A stretch of 64,000 nucleotides of DNA from the NCBI RefSeq assembly GCF_006345805.1, contig NC_043011.1, positions 62,136,464-62,200,463 on the forward strand, read 5' to 3'. Positions 25,951-38,333 of the stretch are shown piece by piece. Under the pieces are notes generated by a model that saw only the letters and a list, made by a program, of their open reading frames with translations, ran no database searches and was not told the DNA's origin. This DNA is from Octopus sinensis. Its lineage: Eukaryota. Position 1 is the first letter of the stretch, and each line of letters starts with the position of its first letter. The position numbers were made by a program, and so were the translations under genes.

Positions 25951-27300
25951 TTTGTGTTGTGCTGCTTTTATTGGGTGACATTCATGTTGTGACCATTGTT
26001 TAGTAGCAGTTGTGTGTATGGTGTGTCCTTCTGCATGTTGTGTTGTTTTATTGGGCAGTTAATGTATAGGGCATGTGTTGTGTGTGCAGGGTCTGTGTTG
26101 CTTCTGTTACAATACGGAAAAGAAGGTGTTATACATATGATGTGGGATTCACCCAACAGAACTACATTTCCAACATTATGTAACGTTGTGGGTCCAGGAC
26201 GGTTTGTGTCGTTTCTGTTCATTAGTTTCATCATACCTAATTCTCTAATTATTACTGATACTCTCAGTATATACACACTTGAAACAACTGAGCTTAAAAT
26301 AGTGATATATATATACATCGTGTATAACATGTTTATACACAGTGAGTGCCCTGTACACATTTCGGTATTTATCAATGTGTTATAAATGAGATATCTGCAT
26401 TGCTGTTGTAAAGGTGCATGGCTCAGTGGTTAGAGCATCGAGCTTACAATCGGGAGGTTGAGAGTTTGAATCTTGGACCGGGCTGCGTGTTGTGTTCTTG
26501 AGCAAGACACTTTATCTCACGTTGCTCCAGTTTATTCAGCTGTAGAAATGAGTTGTGACGTCACAGGTGCCAAGCTGTATCGACCCCTTTGCCTTTTCCC
26601 TTGGATAACACTGGTGGCAAGGAGAGGGGAGGCCGGTATGCATGGGTGACTGCTGGTGTTCCATAAACAAACTTGCCTGGATTTGTTCCTTTGAGAGTAA
26701 CTTTCTAGGTGCAATCCCATGGTCAGTGTCATGAATGAAGGGGGTCTCATGCATTGCTGTTATTGGCCCCTGTTTTCACTGTCGTGCTCCACATCCTGCT
26801 TGTTTCAGTTTCAAGGTCCTTGCATGGTTGTTACATTTCTGTCTTCTCACTTGGAGCTGTTTGCTGACTTGTTGCCTTGTTGCTAGTAGTTACATTTTTT
26901 CCCTCAAATGTTGCTCTTATCATGTCGGCTTCATCTTCTATCGTTTTTCCCTGAGGTTCTCCTCAGTATTATCTCTGCTCGATCTGTTGAGCTGTATGAT
27001 CTTGTTCTGTTCTTCTGCCAAGTGTATTGTTGAATCTATATTTTTATTGTGACTGTGTATGCAACTCAATATGAACAGAACTCATTTGAACCCCTTAAAA
27101 TGGCTTCAGTTGTTGGGTGTCACTATCACCAAGGATGTCCTTGAAATATCTTGGATTGCATCTCAATGACTGGCCCATTTCCATACCAGATGGTACTTGA
27201 GGCCCCAAAATTATTGATACTATAAGGTTTAGTTGCGTCCTACTGTGCACACTCAGATACCCAGAACTGCTCCCTGAAAAGGACCATGTGACCAGCATAA
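25951..27300 (-). mobile_element. Near-identical second copy of the 23831-24348 segment plus further degenerate LINE-like sequence
   Basis: About 520 bp almost identical to copy 1 at offset 2120, interrupted by a SINE. Confidence 0.7.
26408..26749 (+). mobile_element. Family E tRNA-derived SINE with 12-bp TSD
   Basis: A-box TGGCTCAGTGG, B-box-like GAGTTTGAATC, core TTGAGCAAGACACTTTAT..TTGCTCCAGT; TGCATTGCTGTT at 26396-26407 and 26750-26761; empty site present in copy 1. Confidence 0.9.
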
Positions 27301-28245
27301 AGTAAGTCACAGAAATGCTCCAACCGCTGGCCCCAAACGCATGCTTCGTCTCCTCTCTCTGCCATTCTACTATTAGTAAGTATTATGGCCTCTGTATGTT
27401 GGATGTGACTGGGTTCATCCCACTACTCTCTCTTCTCATCACACTTGTGTCCATCCTCATGCAGACCCAGGCCTTCCTCTCTTTAACGTCATCCCACTGG
27501 AATCCCATCCTTGTTCCATCTTTTCTCTAGATATTAACTCACAAAACTTTATAAGGAATGCTAAATCAATTTCCTCAGTCTAGGAAGGCCTCAAAGACAA
27601 TGAGCATTACTGATTCCCCTTGACCTAACAATTTATAAAAACCCGACGGAGAATTCTATAATCTTCATTATCATTTTTGATAAATTCTTTTCCATTAATG
27701 GTATATTTGTCTTACTGCTTTGTTTGTTTCTTGCGAGTCAGAATCTTTATTATTTTTCATTGTGTTTCAAGGTTTCCCTCTGTTATACACATGGGGTCAC
27801 CTCTGTCTTGTTACTTATGTGGTCACCTCTGGATTTCATATTTGCTGAGCGTTGATGTGATGGTTTCAGTGATTTGTTGAAGGTCCTCTTTCGTCAGATT
27901 TTATTCTTTATTTTGTATTCTTATTCTCCTTAAAGGTTGTTCTCTTTCACTTCTCAGATTCTTATTTATTACTAGACTACCCGTGACCTGGTGGGCCATG
28001 GGCAGTACAAGGTACCCGAGAAAACTACGTATCTCTGGAGCCCATGGTCCGATTTACGTGAAGCTTGTTTTATTCAATTTGTATTCACATTTCAATGGTA
28101 CTTTACTTTCATAGTATTTTCCCATTATGTGCTGGTTTGGCTATTTATAAAGGTACCCCACAAAAAACCTCGTATCACAATACAGCCATGGTACAAAATA
28201 ACATAACTGGACAAGTCACTATATATATATATGTGTGTATATGTG

Positions 28246-28280
<35 letters not shown>

Positions 28281-28482
28281 CTCTCTCTTTCGGAGAGGCA
28301 CAAGCACCTACACGCACATATACACACACGGCAGTAACTTCCACCTACCGAATTCAATCACAAAGCTCCGGTCAGCTCGGGGCTATAGTGAAAGACACCT
28401 ACCCAAAGTGCCACGCAGTGGGACTGAACCCGAAACCACACAGCTAGGAAGCAAGCTCCCTAACCACACAGCCATGCCCGCG

Positions 28483-28520
<38 letters not shown>

Positions 28521-28521
28521 T

Positions 28522-28571
<50 letters not shown>

Positions 28572-28694
28572 GGAGCAAATAATTGATGAAAAAATAATTT
28601 GCTAAGATATCACTGACTCTGTTATTATCTAGTGTAACAATTTTAAAATGATAATAATATAGGTGATTACAGGCTCCAAAAATGCATTAAATAA

Positions 28695-28868
28695 CTGAAG
28701 GATTAAAATTAATCAAAGGACATACTAAGTATGTCTACCTGCTGGAAATAACAGCCAAAACTCTTATTTAAATCGCCAAAATTTTGACAGTATAAATAAG
28801 AGTTTTGATTGTTATTTCCATAAGGTAGACATACTTAGTATGTTCTTTGATTAATTTTAATCCTTCAG
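28695..28868. mobile_element. Fold-back / MITE-like hairpin (~75-bp arms, 22-nt loop)
   Basis: CTGAAGGATTAAAATTAATCAAAGGACATACTAAGTATGTCTACC.. inverted at ..GGTAGACATACTTAGTATGTTCTTTGATTAATTTTAATCCTTCAG; partial relative near 47730-47850. Confidence 0.8.
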
Positions 28869-28879
28869 CTAAATATCAT

Positions 28880-29270
28880 CATCATCATCATCATTGTTTA
28901 ACGTCCGCTTTCCATGCTAGCTTTCCATGCTAGCTTTTCCATGCTAGCTTTCCATGTGTTGGACGATTTGACTGAGGACTGGCAAACCAGATGGCTCCAG
29001 TCTGATCTGGCGTAGTTTCTACAGCTGGATGACCTTCCTAATGCCAATCACTCTGAAACTGTAGTGGGTGCTTTTACGTGCCAACAGCACGAGGGCCAGT
29101 TAGGCGGTACTGGCAACAGCCACTCTCAAATGGTGCTTTTTATGTGCCACCTGCACAGGAGCCAGTCCAGCAGCACCTGCAATGACCTCGGTCGAATGTT
29201 TTTTCATGTGCCAGTAAGGCGACGCTGGTAGCAATCATGCTCGAATGGTGCTTTTTATGTGCCACCGGCA
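28880..29270 (-). mobile_element. Family A SINE with internal 13-bp slippage repeat and several ~65-bp modules
   Basis: GCTTTCCATGCTA repeated about 4 times; GGTGCTTTTTATGTGCCAC modules. Confidence 0.8.
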
Positions 29271-29275
29271 AATAT

Positions 29276-29277
29276 AC

Positions 29278-29309
<32 letters not shown>

Positions 29310-29383
29310 TGGTTTATGTCTATCACTGTTTGAGTTGCATAATAGTGGTTTTATCTCAATTCATATTTTATATATATATATAC

Positions 29384-29434
<51 letters not shown>

Positions 29435-29437
29435 ATA

Positions 29438-29483
<46 letters not shown>

Positions 29484-29511
29484 CATATTCATATATATGT
29501 ATACATACATA

Positions 29512-29585
<74 letters not shown>

Positions 29586-29600
29586 CTTACATATGCATAC

Positions 29601-29640
<40 letters not shown>
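29276..29640. repeat. (TA)n-rich compound microsatellite
   Basis: Direct reading. Confidence 0.95.
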
Positions 29641-29642
<2 letters not shown>

Positions 29643-30685
29643 GTCCACTCATTTTTTGTAGCTATTTGATTCAGTTGTGAACATAGTTGATCCATGGATT
29701 TAATTGATCTTTCTGTCTGGTCAGATATGGGGGCATGCCCCATCGAGCATGCCACTATTTGTCAGTAATTGCTTGGGTCTTCCTGGGAAGCCCTTCAAGC
29801 CGTGTCCGAGTGGTCCCACATCCTCCATGGCCATGTGGCATGCTTGCTGACCAGCACCTGACCATCACTCCAGCTGGATCTTCAAAGAAGAAAACACAGG
29901 ATCCAGATTCAGAAAATCAACTGACATGACCATCTAGTCTGAGCTGACCACTCCTGGATCATACAAGTAACAGGATGCACCCCTGTTTTTTTTCTTGCAT
30001 ATACTTGTTGGATAGATATGAAACCTGACCTATGTAATACCTATTATCTTGTGAAACATCCTGGTACCAAAGGAGTTCAGACAGGGCCCTGGACAATGGC
30101 CAAGTCTCACAACCAATCTGTTTATAACCATCATTTATTTTATTTTAAAATTGTTTTCATTAAAAGAATGTTTTTCTCCGTCTGTTTTCATTGCCCTGAA
30201 TCTCTCCACGTTCCATATTTTTGTATGTTTGCATGTTATTTAAACAATGTTTCTTTTTTCTTTTTTTTGTTTCTCTGTAATATTCCTCACCTGATATGTA
30301 TGATATAATAAGTATAAGTGCTTTCTGGAATTATTGTGTTTTGTTTTATTTATTACCTGGCAGAATCGTTAGCACACTGGGCAAAGTGATTAGTGATATT
30401 TCATGTGTCACTACATTCTGAGTTCAAATTCCGCTGAGGTCAACTTTGCCTTTCATATTTTCAGGGGTCAATAAATTAATTGCCAGTTGAGTATTGGGGG
30501 TCAATGTAATTGACTTGTCCCCACCCACAAAATTTCAGGCCTTGTGCCTTAAACAGAAAAGATTATCATTATTATTATTGTCATCATCATCATCATCATC
30601 ATTATTATTATTATTCCTTCGTAACACTGTGTAGGTAAAAATGCACCTGAGTCTTTAGTCACCTGTCAAGTCACAAGAAGGACCT

Positions 30686-31032
30686 CAGACAGGTAATACT
30701 TTCCTCAAAATATGCGCTGTGCCCAATAAGGCTACTTTTTGCAAGACATCAATCTTGCATAGAATTTCCAGTTGCCTTAAGAAGTCTTGAAGTTTCAATG
30801 GGATTGAGCCCAATGCTCCGATCACCACTGGTATCACTTATACATTACCCTCTCGCATTCCATACGGTCTTGTCATTTCCATTTTCAATTCGGAGTACTT
30901 GGTGATTTTTTCAACCTCTTTACTCACAACATTCATATCATTTGGTATGGTTCCATCAATGATCTGACAGTATTTGTCTCTCTTACTCAATATGACAATA
31001 TCTGGCCGACAGTGTTCGATTACACGATCCAT
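30686..31032 (-). mobile_element. R4-type non-LTR retrotransposon, RLE C-terminus
   Basis: RPDIVILSK..IIDGTIPNDMNVVSKEVEKITKYSELK..*VIPVVIGALGSIP..LQKVALLGTAHILRKVL. Confidence 0.85.
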
Positions 31033-32480
31033 CTGATTATTATTATTATTATTATTATTATTATTGAGGGAGTAAAAAGAAGAAAAAAAAGGTAAGTAAA
31101 GATATAAAAAAAAACAAAGAAACCCTCACCTGCATGAGGTTTTGTAGCCTTCTAAACTGCTTGGTGACCCCCACTTGTGCTTATGCCACTGAAAAAGCTA
31201 CCCACTACATGCTGCAAGGTGGTTGGCATTAGGAAGGGCATCCAGCTGTAGAAACCGTGCCAAAACAGACCCTGGAATACGATGAGGTCCTTGGTCCATA
31301 TCAGACCCTGACGACCCGTCCACCCCCATGCCAAGTTGGAACATTGATGTTAAATGATAACGAGGAAAGAAAAAGAGTGAAGTGTAAGGAAAGGGCCATT
31401 CAAAGAAACCTACATCAATATGATTTGTATTATTTGGTGAAAGTGAGAAAAGAGTACCTTGAAACTGTCTGAAATGCTGGATATTGCAGTCCTCTTGGCA
31501 ACAGCACTGAACTCTTTCTGTCAAGTGTAAAAATAGTATGAGAACAATAATGAAATTCAACTTTCTCAAAGACTTTTCCGTGGATTTGGTAGACGGAAAC
31601 AGAAGCCTACCATGTGTGTGTATGTATATCTATCTATCTATATATATGTATATAAATATATATATATATATTTGGTTTGCAAGATTCTTTACATGAGTTC
31701 GTGTGTTAAAGCATACTCTGTTGTGTCTGGGGAGAGTCATTTTCTTTTTGTGCCGTATGATTTAACACACTCACCAGTAAAATTTCTGTTTATTTCTTAT
31801 TTTTATGAAAATAAAAATCGTAAGGCACAAAAAGAAAATGGCTCTCCCCTGACACAACAGTATATATATGCATGTATGTATAGAGTATTAGGTGTGATGT
31901 ACAGAATTGAATATTGAGAAAAAAGTCATCAGAATTTTGGAAAAAAATCTTTATATTTCTTCATTATTATGAGCACTTTCTTTCCTCTCTAGAACTAGTC
32001 AAATACAAACTTGTATTTTTTTTCAAAATTCTGACGACTTTTTTTCTCAATATGTGTGTGTATGTTCATATATATATATTTATATAAATGTGTATACATG
32101 TGCTTGTCTCCCACTATCATTGGACAGCCGGTGTTAGTTTGTTTACATCCTTGTAACTTAGTGGTTTGGCAAAAGAGACTGGTGGAATAAGTGCCGGGGT
32201 TGATTCGTCCAACTAAAAGCCTTTGTGGTGGTGACCCAATATTTTGAAACCAGTCAGGTACTGGGATCGATGTAATCAACTTGCCCCTCCCCTAAAAATG
32301 CTGGCTTTGCGCTAAAAATAGAAATTATGATCATTATTAAATTGGTTGGCTGGCAGAATCTTGATCATGGAATATTTTAACAACGGAAGAAAAATGTATA
32401 TTTTGTCTTAAAACACTGATATTTATTATAGTTCCATTTTTTTTTTCCTGCTACAAGTGCAATATTTGTGTATAATTGTG

Positions 32481-32978
32481 ATTATTTACATTTGACGGAT
32501 ATTTGACCTCATCTTGTTTGTTGTTGACACAACGTTTCGGCTGATATACCTTCCAGCCTTCATCAGGTGTCTTCGGGAAATTTCGAACCTGGGTTCTCAT
32601 TCCGAAGGTATTTTTCGATGTTATTATTATTATCATCATCACCATCATCATCATCATTATTATTATTTAGGTCACTGCCTGGAATCGAACTCGGAATCTT
32701 GGGGTTAGTATGTCCACGGGCATATAGCGTGGTGGTTAAGAGCTCGGGCTACTAACCCCAAGATTCCGAGTTCGATTCCAAGCAGTGACCAGAATAATAA
32801 TAATAACAACAACAACATCGAAAAATGCCTTAGGAATGAGAACCCAGGTTCGAAATTTCCCCAATACATCTTATGAAGGCTGGTGGGTATATCAGCCAAA
32901 ACGTTGTGTTATCAACAACGAAGATGAGGTCAAATGTAAACAATGTACATAATTCCTCATCTCTTAAATACACAACTG
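32481..32978. mobile_element. Family D inverted pair
   Basis: Minus arm 32481-32710 (5'-truncated within the tRNA part) joined head-to-head to plus arm 32718-32978. Confidence 0.9.
32526..32571 (-). ncRNA. Putative minimal type I hammerhead ribozyme (best-preserved copy)
   Basis: Minus strand reads GACAC-CTGATGA-A-GGCTG(gaaggtatat)CAGCC-GAAA-CGTT-GTGTC: helix I GACAC/GTGTC, helix II 5 bp, palindromic ACGU helix III, predicted GUU cleavage triplet; activity untested. Confidence 0.7.
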
Positions 32979-33659
32979 TTATAGTGATTATATTATAAGG
33001 TTTTAATAGTGATTCCTCTTGAATATCTAAGTTATTAATCAGCATAAATTGCTTATGAGGAGAGCGTAGTTTCGATGTCTCTAATGACTTTGTTATCTCA
33101 ATAAAATATTTATTAACTGAAAATGTCTTACGCACATATTTTCCTATTTCATTGTTTCCCGCTGCGTTTCTCTGGTTTTAGTAATACCAGCACCACATGG
33201 ATGGGTTTGTTTGTTTGGTTGATTGGTTTTTATTTTATTCTACAAGCAAAGTTGCTTCTATATGTCAAGAGTAGAAAAGGTCTTTTTAGTAGAGGGGTCA
33301 AGTTAAAAGTACAGGGGAACTTTTTAGAAGCAACTCATTTGTGATTAGAAAATTAATGAATCTTAATTTTTACAAATTTAGGCGTCACCATTGTCCCCCC
33401 TCCTCCGCCTTATCATCATCACCAACATCATAATCATAATTATCATCCTCATCAATATCATTAGCATTATAATACTCCTTCTCCTCCCTGTTATCATCAT
33501 TATCACCATCACTGTCGTCATCGTCTTCAGAATGGAATTATTTGAGTGTTGGACAAGGTATTTCGTCATTCTGAGTTCAATCTCTGTCTGCTACAGGTTT
33601 CCCTTCCAAGAAACACTGGACTGATACTCGATAACATCCTTACCAGTCCCCTAAGACAC

Positions 33660-34440
33660 ATATCTCTGTAAACAAAACAGGGATCGTATAGAAAGTAGAT
33701 ATCATAACACATGGCATCACCTTATAGATCGGAAATACTCAGCTAAGAACCATGTAATTTCAGTGCCATTGTAATCAAGCCGTTCCACAACATTGAAAAA
33801 GAAAGCTGCCGGCATATTTACCAAGTTTGATTTTATGGATTCTAACCATTCTGTATCGCAGAGTCTTTAACAGGAAGCCTTAGATTTTGCGAAGTAATTT
33901 GTTCCGAGGAGTGACTGAGATATTCAAACAGCAATAAACTTCAGGAAGTCATTGTTACATCACAATTTCAAATCTGCCTCAAAGGATAGAAACGTATAAC
34001 TAAGCGTCAAACGTCTCCATGCACAACCATGGCGAGGCTGAGTTAACGAACTTTGTGCAATTGTTTATTCTTCACAAATTTCAGGTTTGTACAGAGATGA
34101 CGGACTGGCAATCTTATACAATATGAACGGTCATTTATAGAAAAAAGCTTGACAGGCATATTCACCGAGTTAAGCATGAATATAACTAACTCCACCTATC
34201 TACCGATGGCTAATTATTTAGATGTTACATATTTTAAGAGAGGTAAACTCTATCCCCATTGAAACCAAACGAGGAGACGGTATATATCTACCAGAACTCT
34301 ACTCAAACATCTCCCGTAATAGAGAACATAGTATCAGTAGTAGAGAATCTTACTTTATTTCTGATAGGGAATTATTCGTCAGGAAAACACATCGCTATAA
34401 CGAAACTCAAACGAGGAGTGGTTTTTGTGAGGAGTTAACC
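33660..34440 (+). mobile_element. Penelope-like element remnant (RT fragment and endonuclease C-terminus)
   Basis: KFDFMDSNHSVSQSL*QEALDFAK..INFRKSLL resembles FDIxxFYPSI..LLxxALxFA; ILREVNSIPIETKRGDGIYLP resembles the Penelope-like GIY-YIG tail. Confidence 0.6.
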
Positions 34441-35777
34441 TGAATGGAAAAGCCACTTCCTCTCTGAATTCAAGGAAAACCACGATGCCGAAAGTCGTCT
34501 GATTTAATCCACTTTAAATTTTGCACTTGGAACTTTCCCGTAAGGCGTCGCTTCCTAGCTACAATTAAGTCCCTCAAATGTCCCCCTGCTCATAAGATTA
34601 AGGTGTGCTAATCTTGTCTAGATAACAGCGCTTCCATCATTGCAAAGCAAACCATAACCAGAAAGTAAAACACATCTGTACCGCTTCCTTCGCAACTTGG
34701 AATTGCTGAGATCGAGCAGCTTCTCCACTGAGATTTAACTTTCCTAAGCTATGATATATAGAGCTACGCTCACTCCCACAAATTGTATCCACAGGTGTTA
34801 CAGAGTTTACTCCCAAAACATCAAACGATCTTATAGGTACCATTTGTGCTACTTTAGGTTTTAAAGCAAAGGAAGCTCCACTTCTCTGTCCTTTTTTATT
34901 TGGAAGCCCAGAGACAAAAGACACGTCTTACCAACTATTGTATGGAGCATTGTTGGAAGAGACTTTCTATGCTCCTGTGTATCACAAAACTTTTCTGCTT
35001 GTCGGAAAAGAACTTCATATCCTAAAGCATATTGCCGTACACATCAACAAAGAATCCAAATTAATCAATGGCTTTGGGCCATGAAATGTAAAATTTTGAT
35101 AAGTACTATGACAACTCTGGACATGCTCCGCCTTTTATTAAATCTCTTCAGCCAAGCATATTCTTCCTATTTCTAACCAGACGTTGGGATGGCGGTAAGA
35201 ATAGGTTTTTGAGTAAAAAGAAGTTTACTGGTTGAAACATTTACGTTCATTCTTGCACTCACGCACAATTATAATAGATACAAATACACATGCATGAGTG
35301 TGTGCACACATACGCACAGAGACGCGTGTATAGCATAAAGTCGGGAGGTGAAGATAGATTTATACGGTTGCACGGACACATTACATTACATAGCAATTGA
35401 TTACTATGTAGATTGATAGCCGATTCCGAATGGGGAGCTTATTGCGATTATACTACTTTTTATACGTGTGTGCGTAAATGTATGTATATATATATATATA
35501 CACACACATATATATATGTATGTCTATAAATATATATATATATATATATATGTGTATGTTTATATATATAGACATACATGTATATATGTTTGCGTGTGTG
35601 TGCGCTCAGGCATGGATGTGTGGAAAGAAGTTTACTTCTCAATCACATGGTCTCTAGTTCAGTCCCACTGCATGGTACCTTGGGCAATTGTCTTCTACTA
35701 TAGTTCTGGTTTGACCAAAGCCTCTTGAGTGGATTTGGTAGACGGAAACTAAAATAAGGCTGTCACACACACACTCA

Positions 35778-35822
<45 letters not shown>

Positions 35823-36084
35823 ATATATATATATATGTATGTATGTATGTATGTATGCTAGTATATATGTATGTGATTATTCTGTTTATTTCAAGATATC
35901 TTACCATTGAAGAAAGAACCGGTTTCTAATCTAGATCCAATGCTCCATTGCAATTTCAACATCAACAGGGTATGTTCGTATGCATGCATGTATGTATATA
36001 TGCATATATGTATGTGCAGATGTGTATGTTTCATGCATGTATTCTCATGCATATAGTTGCATATCTAGACATGCTCATATATAT

Positions 36085-36700
36085 TTAAATGATAAACATC
36101 TGGTAAATTTTACAGTGATGGACTGGATCTGTAGTCTTCGAATTAGATTTCTCCTTTCTGGTTTCGAGAAGCCTAATTGCTCGAGATTGGTATTTATACA
36201 ATGTGTTACATATCGCAGCGCCTCCAATAATTACAGGTATAAGCCTGAACGTGTAATCTGGATAGAGTAACTGCAGATTCTTCAATAGTTCAGCATAGGT
36301 GTTCTCTTTTTCACTGATCTTCAGCTTTATCTTAGCATCCGCTGGGCAGCTAATTTCCACAACATTGGACAGTTTCTCTTCTCCATCCCAAATCATTATA
36401 TCAGGTCTGTTGTGCTTACGTTTTATTGAGGTCTTCACTGGTACATCCCACCAGTATTCCTTTTTATCACGAGTGGCTATTCTTCCACCATATTGTGGGT
36501 TTTTATTTCTTTGTTCCCGGGATTATCCTTCCGACGGATTTCATTATAGAGTGTCCTAGCTATAACGTCATGTCTCATCAGTAGATAATACCGTGATGGC
36601 ATTTTCGGACAACTGCTTATGACATGGGTGCTATCTTCAGAATGAACTCCATAAAGTCTGCATCGGTTGTCACATTTTCCTGCATCTCTATCCCTTTTGT
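36085..36700 (-). mobile_element. R4-type non-LTR retrotransposon, CCHC + RLE region
   Basis: CRLYGVHSEDSTHVISSCP..RHDVIA and HNRPDIMIWD..VVEISCPAD..KISEKENTY..IPVIIG. Confidence 0.85.
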
Positions 36701-36838
36701 GCATCAGGTACATGGTTGATATTTCCTGTTCCTGGATTGCAAACGTATACCTTCAAAGTGGGACGTAGTAATCCGGCTATTCGTCCATTATTAACTGCTT
36801 TGATGATCGATGTTACTATCATCACGGAGCTTTCTAAC

Positions 36839-36869
<31 letters not shown>

Positions 36870-37428
36870 TGTATGTATGTATGTATGTATGTACATATGT
36901 TTTATACATAGAAGTAGATAGAGTATAAAATCTAAAATTTCTACCAGGAAAACGCATGAAAAACTCCTTTAACCCTGAAACCTCGTAAAAGAATGAATAT
37001 AAAACAATAGAATTAAATAATCAAACAAGATGTTATATTTTCTCGATTTTTTTATTTATTAATATAAAATAATATAAATAGAATATGAATTACATTCGTA
37101 ATCATAAAAACAAAGAAGTCTGTGTAATCCAGCGCAAACCACTTCGACGGTTGTCTGGTAATGAAAAGAAAAATGTCTCGGTTTTCTTGAAAATGAGCAC
37201 ACTTGTTATTTTGTTATAATGTCAAGTTGAAATAATAACAAAACCAAAATATAAATTTGCCAAGTTTAACTGAAATTTTGTTTGCTTTATTTTTCCCATT
37301 TTTTGTTTTAGAAAATTAGTTGAAGCATTTTAATTCCAGTTAAATATAAATAAACTCTTGAGAATAATGATACTGTTTCATTTTTTTCTATTTTTCTCTT
37401 CTATTTCACTAACGTTGTCTAAATTATA

Positions 37429-37757
37429 AAAAAAAAGACTCCGCCGGTTACGACGACGAGGGTCCCAGCTGATACGATCAACGGAACAGCTTGCTCGTGA
37501 AATTAACGTGCAAATGGCTGAGCATTCCACAGACACGTGTACCCTTAACGTAGTTCTCGGGGATAATCAGCGTGACACAGAGAGTGACAAGGCTGACCCT
37601 TTGAAATACAAGTACAACTCATTTTTGCCAGCTGAGTGGACTGGAGCAACGTGAAATAAAGTGTCTTGCTCAAGGACACAACGCGTCGCCGGGAATCGAA
37701 CTCACAACCTTACGATCATGAGCCGAATGCCCTAACCACTAAGCCACGCGCCCTCAC
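37429..37757 (-). mobile_element. Young tRNA-derived SINE (family E-type core, distinct tail) with 13-bp TSD
   Basis: A-box TGGCTTAGTGG, B-box GAGTTCGATTC; TGTCTAAATTATA at 37416-37428 and 37758-37770; sense strand ends in a T run. Confidence 0.9.
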
Positions 37758-38333
37758 TGTCTAAATTATATTCTTTGTATGTCTCCTGTCTACTTCATAA
37801 TAATGTCTTTTTGCGTCTAATAGTTAAAATTATGAAATATTGGAATTATTTAAAACCCATACTGAAGAAGTATGTAAAAGAAAAACCTAATGGTGATATG
37901 ACATGCTTGAAGGATGAGGGCGAAGATGTAAAAATGACCTCGAATTTCAAAAAAGATTTGTCTGAAGTTTTTCCAGTTTTAGATGAAGCTGTGGTCATTT
38001 TCATTGACAAAGATCCCCAAAGAGAAACAGAGAGAAATTCAAAGCAATATAATTAATAACGAATGGATAGGAATTGCAAAAATATAGAATGCCCTTGGCG
38101 GACTCAGAATAATATAAAAGTCCGTCCTTCAAGACGACATGAAGAAGGTGTAGCGAGGCCTACAATCGAAACCTCACAAGTTGAGTAGCAAGGAACAGAT
38201 CCCACTTAGATTATGTGACGTACACTGACGATCAACCAAACAGTTTACAGAACCATCAGCCCATATTATGAAATGTTCTTCTATGGTTCCCGCGTTAAAG
38301 AGATCATATATACAACAACGCGGACATTCATAA

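Noticed and set aside
26408-26490. tRNA gene calls for SINE heads (also 21177, 32718, 37757, 47192, 63485)
   Set aside because: They lack complete acceptor stems and run into repeated SINE bodies; they are tRNA-derived heads, not tRNA genes.
34637-34924. 95-aa minus-strand ORF
   Set aside because: No recognisable domain, and it cannot be distinguished from decayed retroelement sequence adjacent to the Penelope-like remnant.
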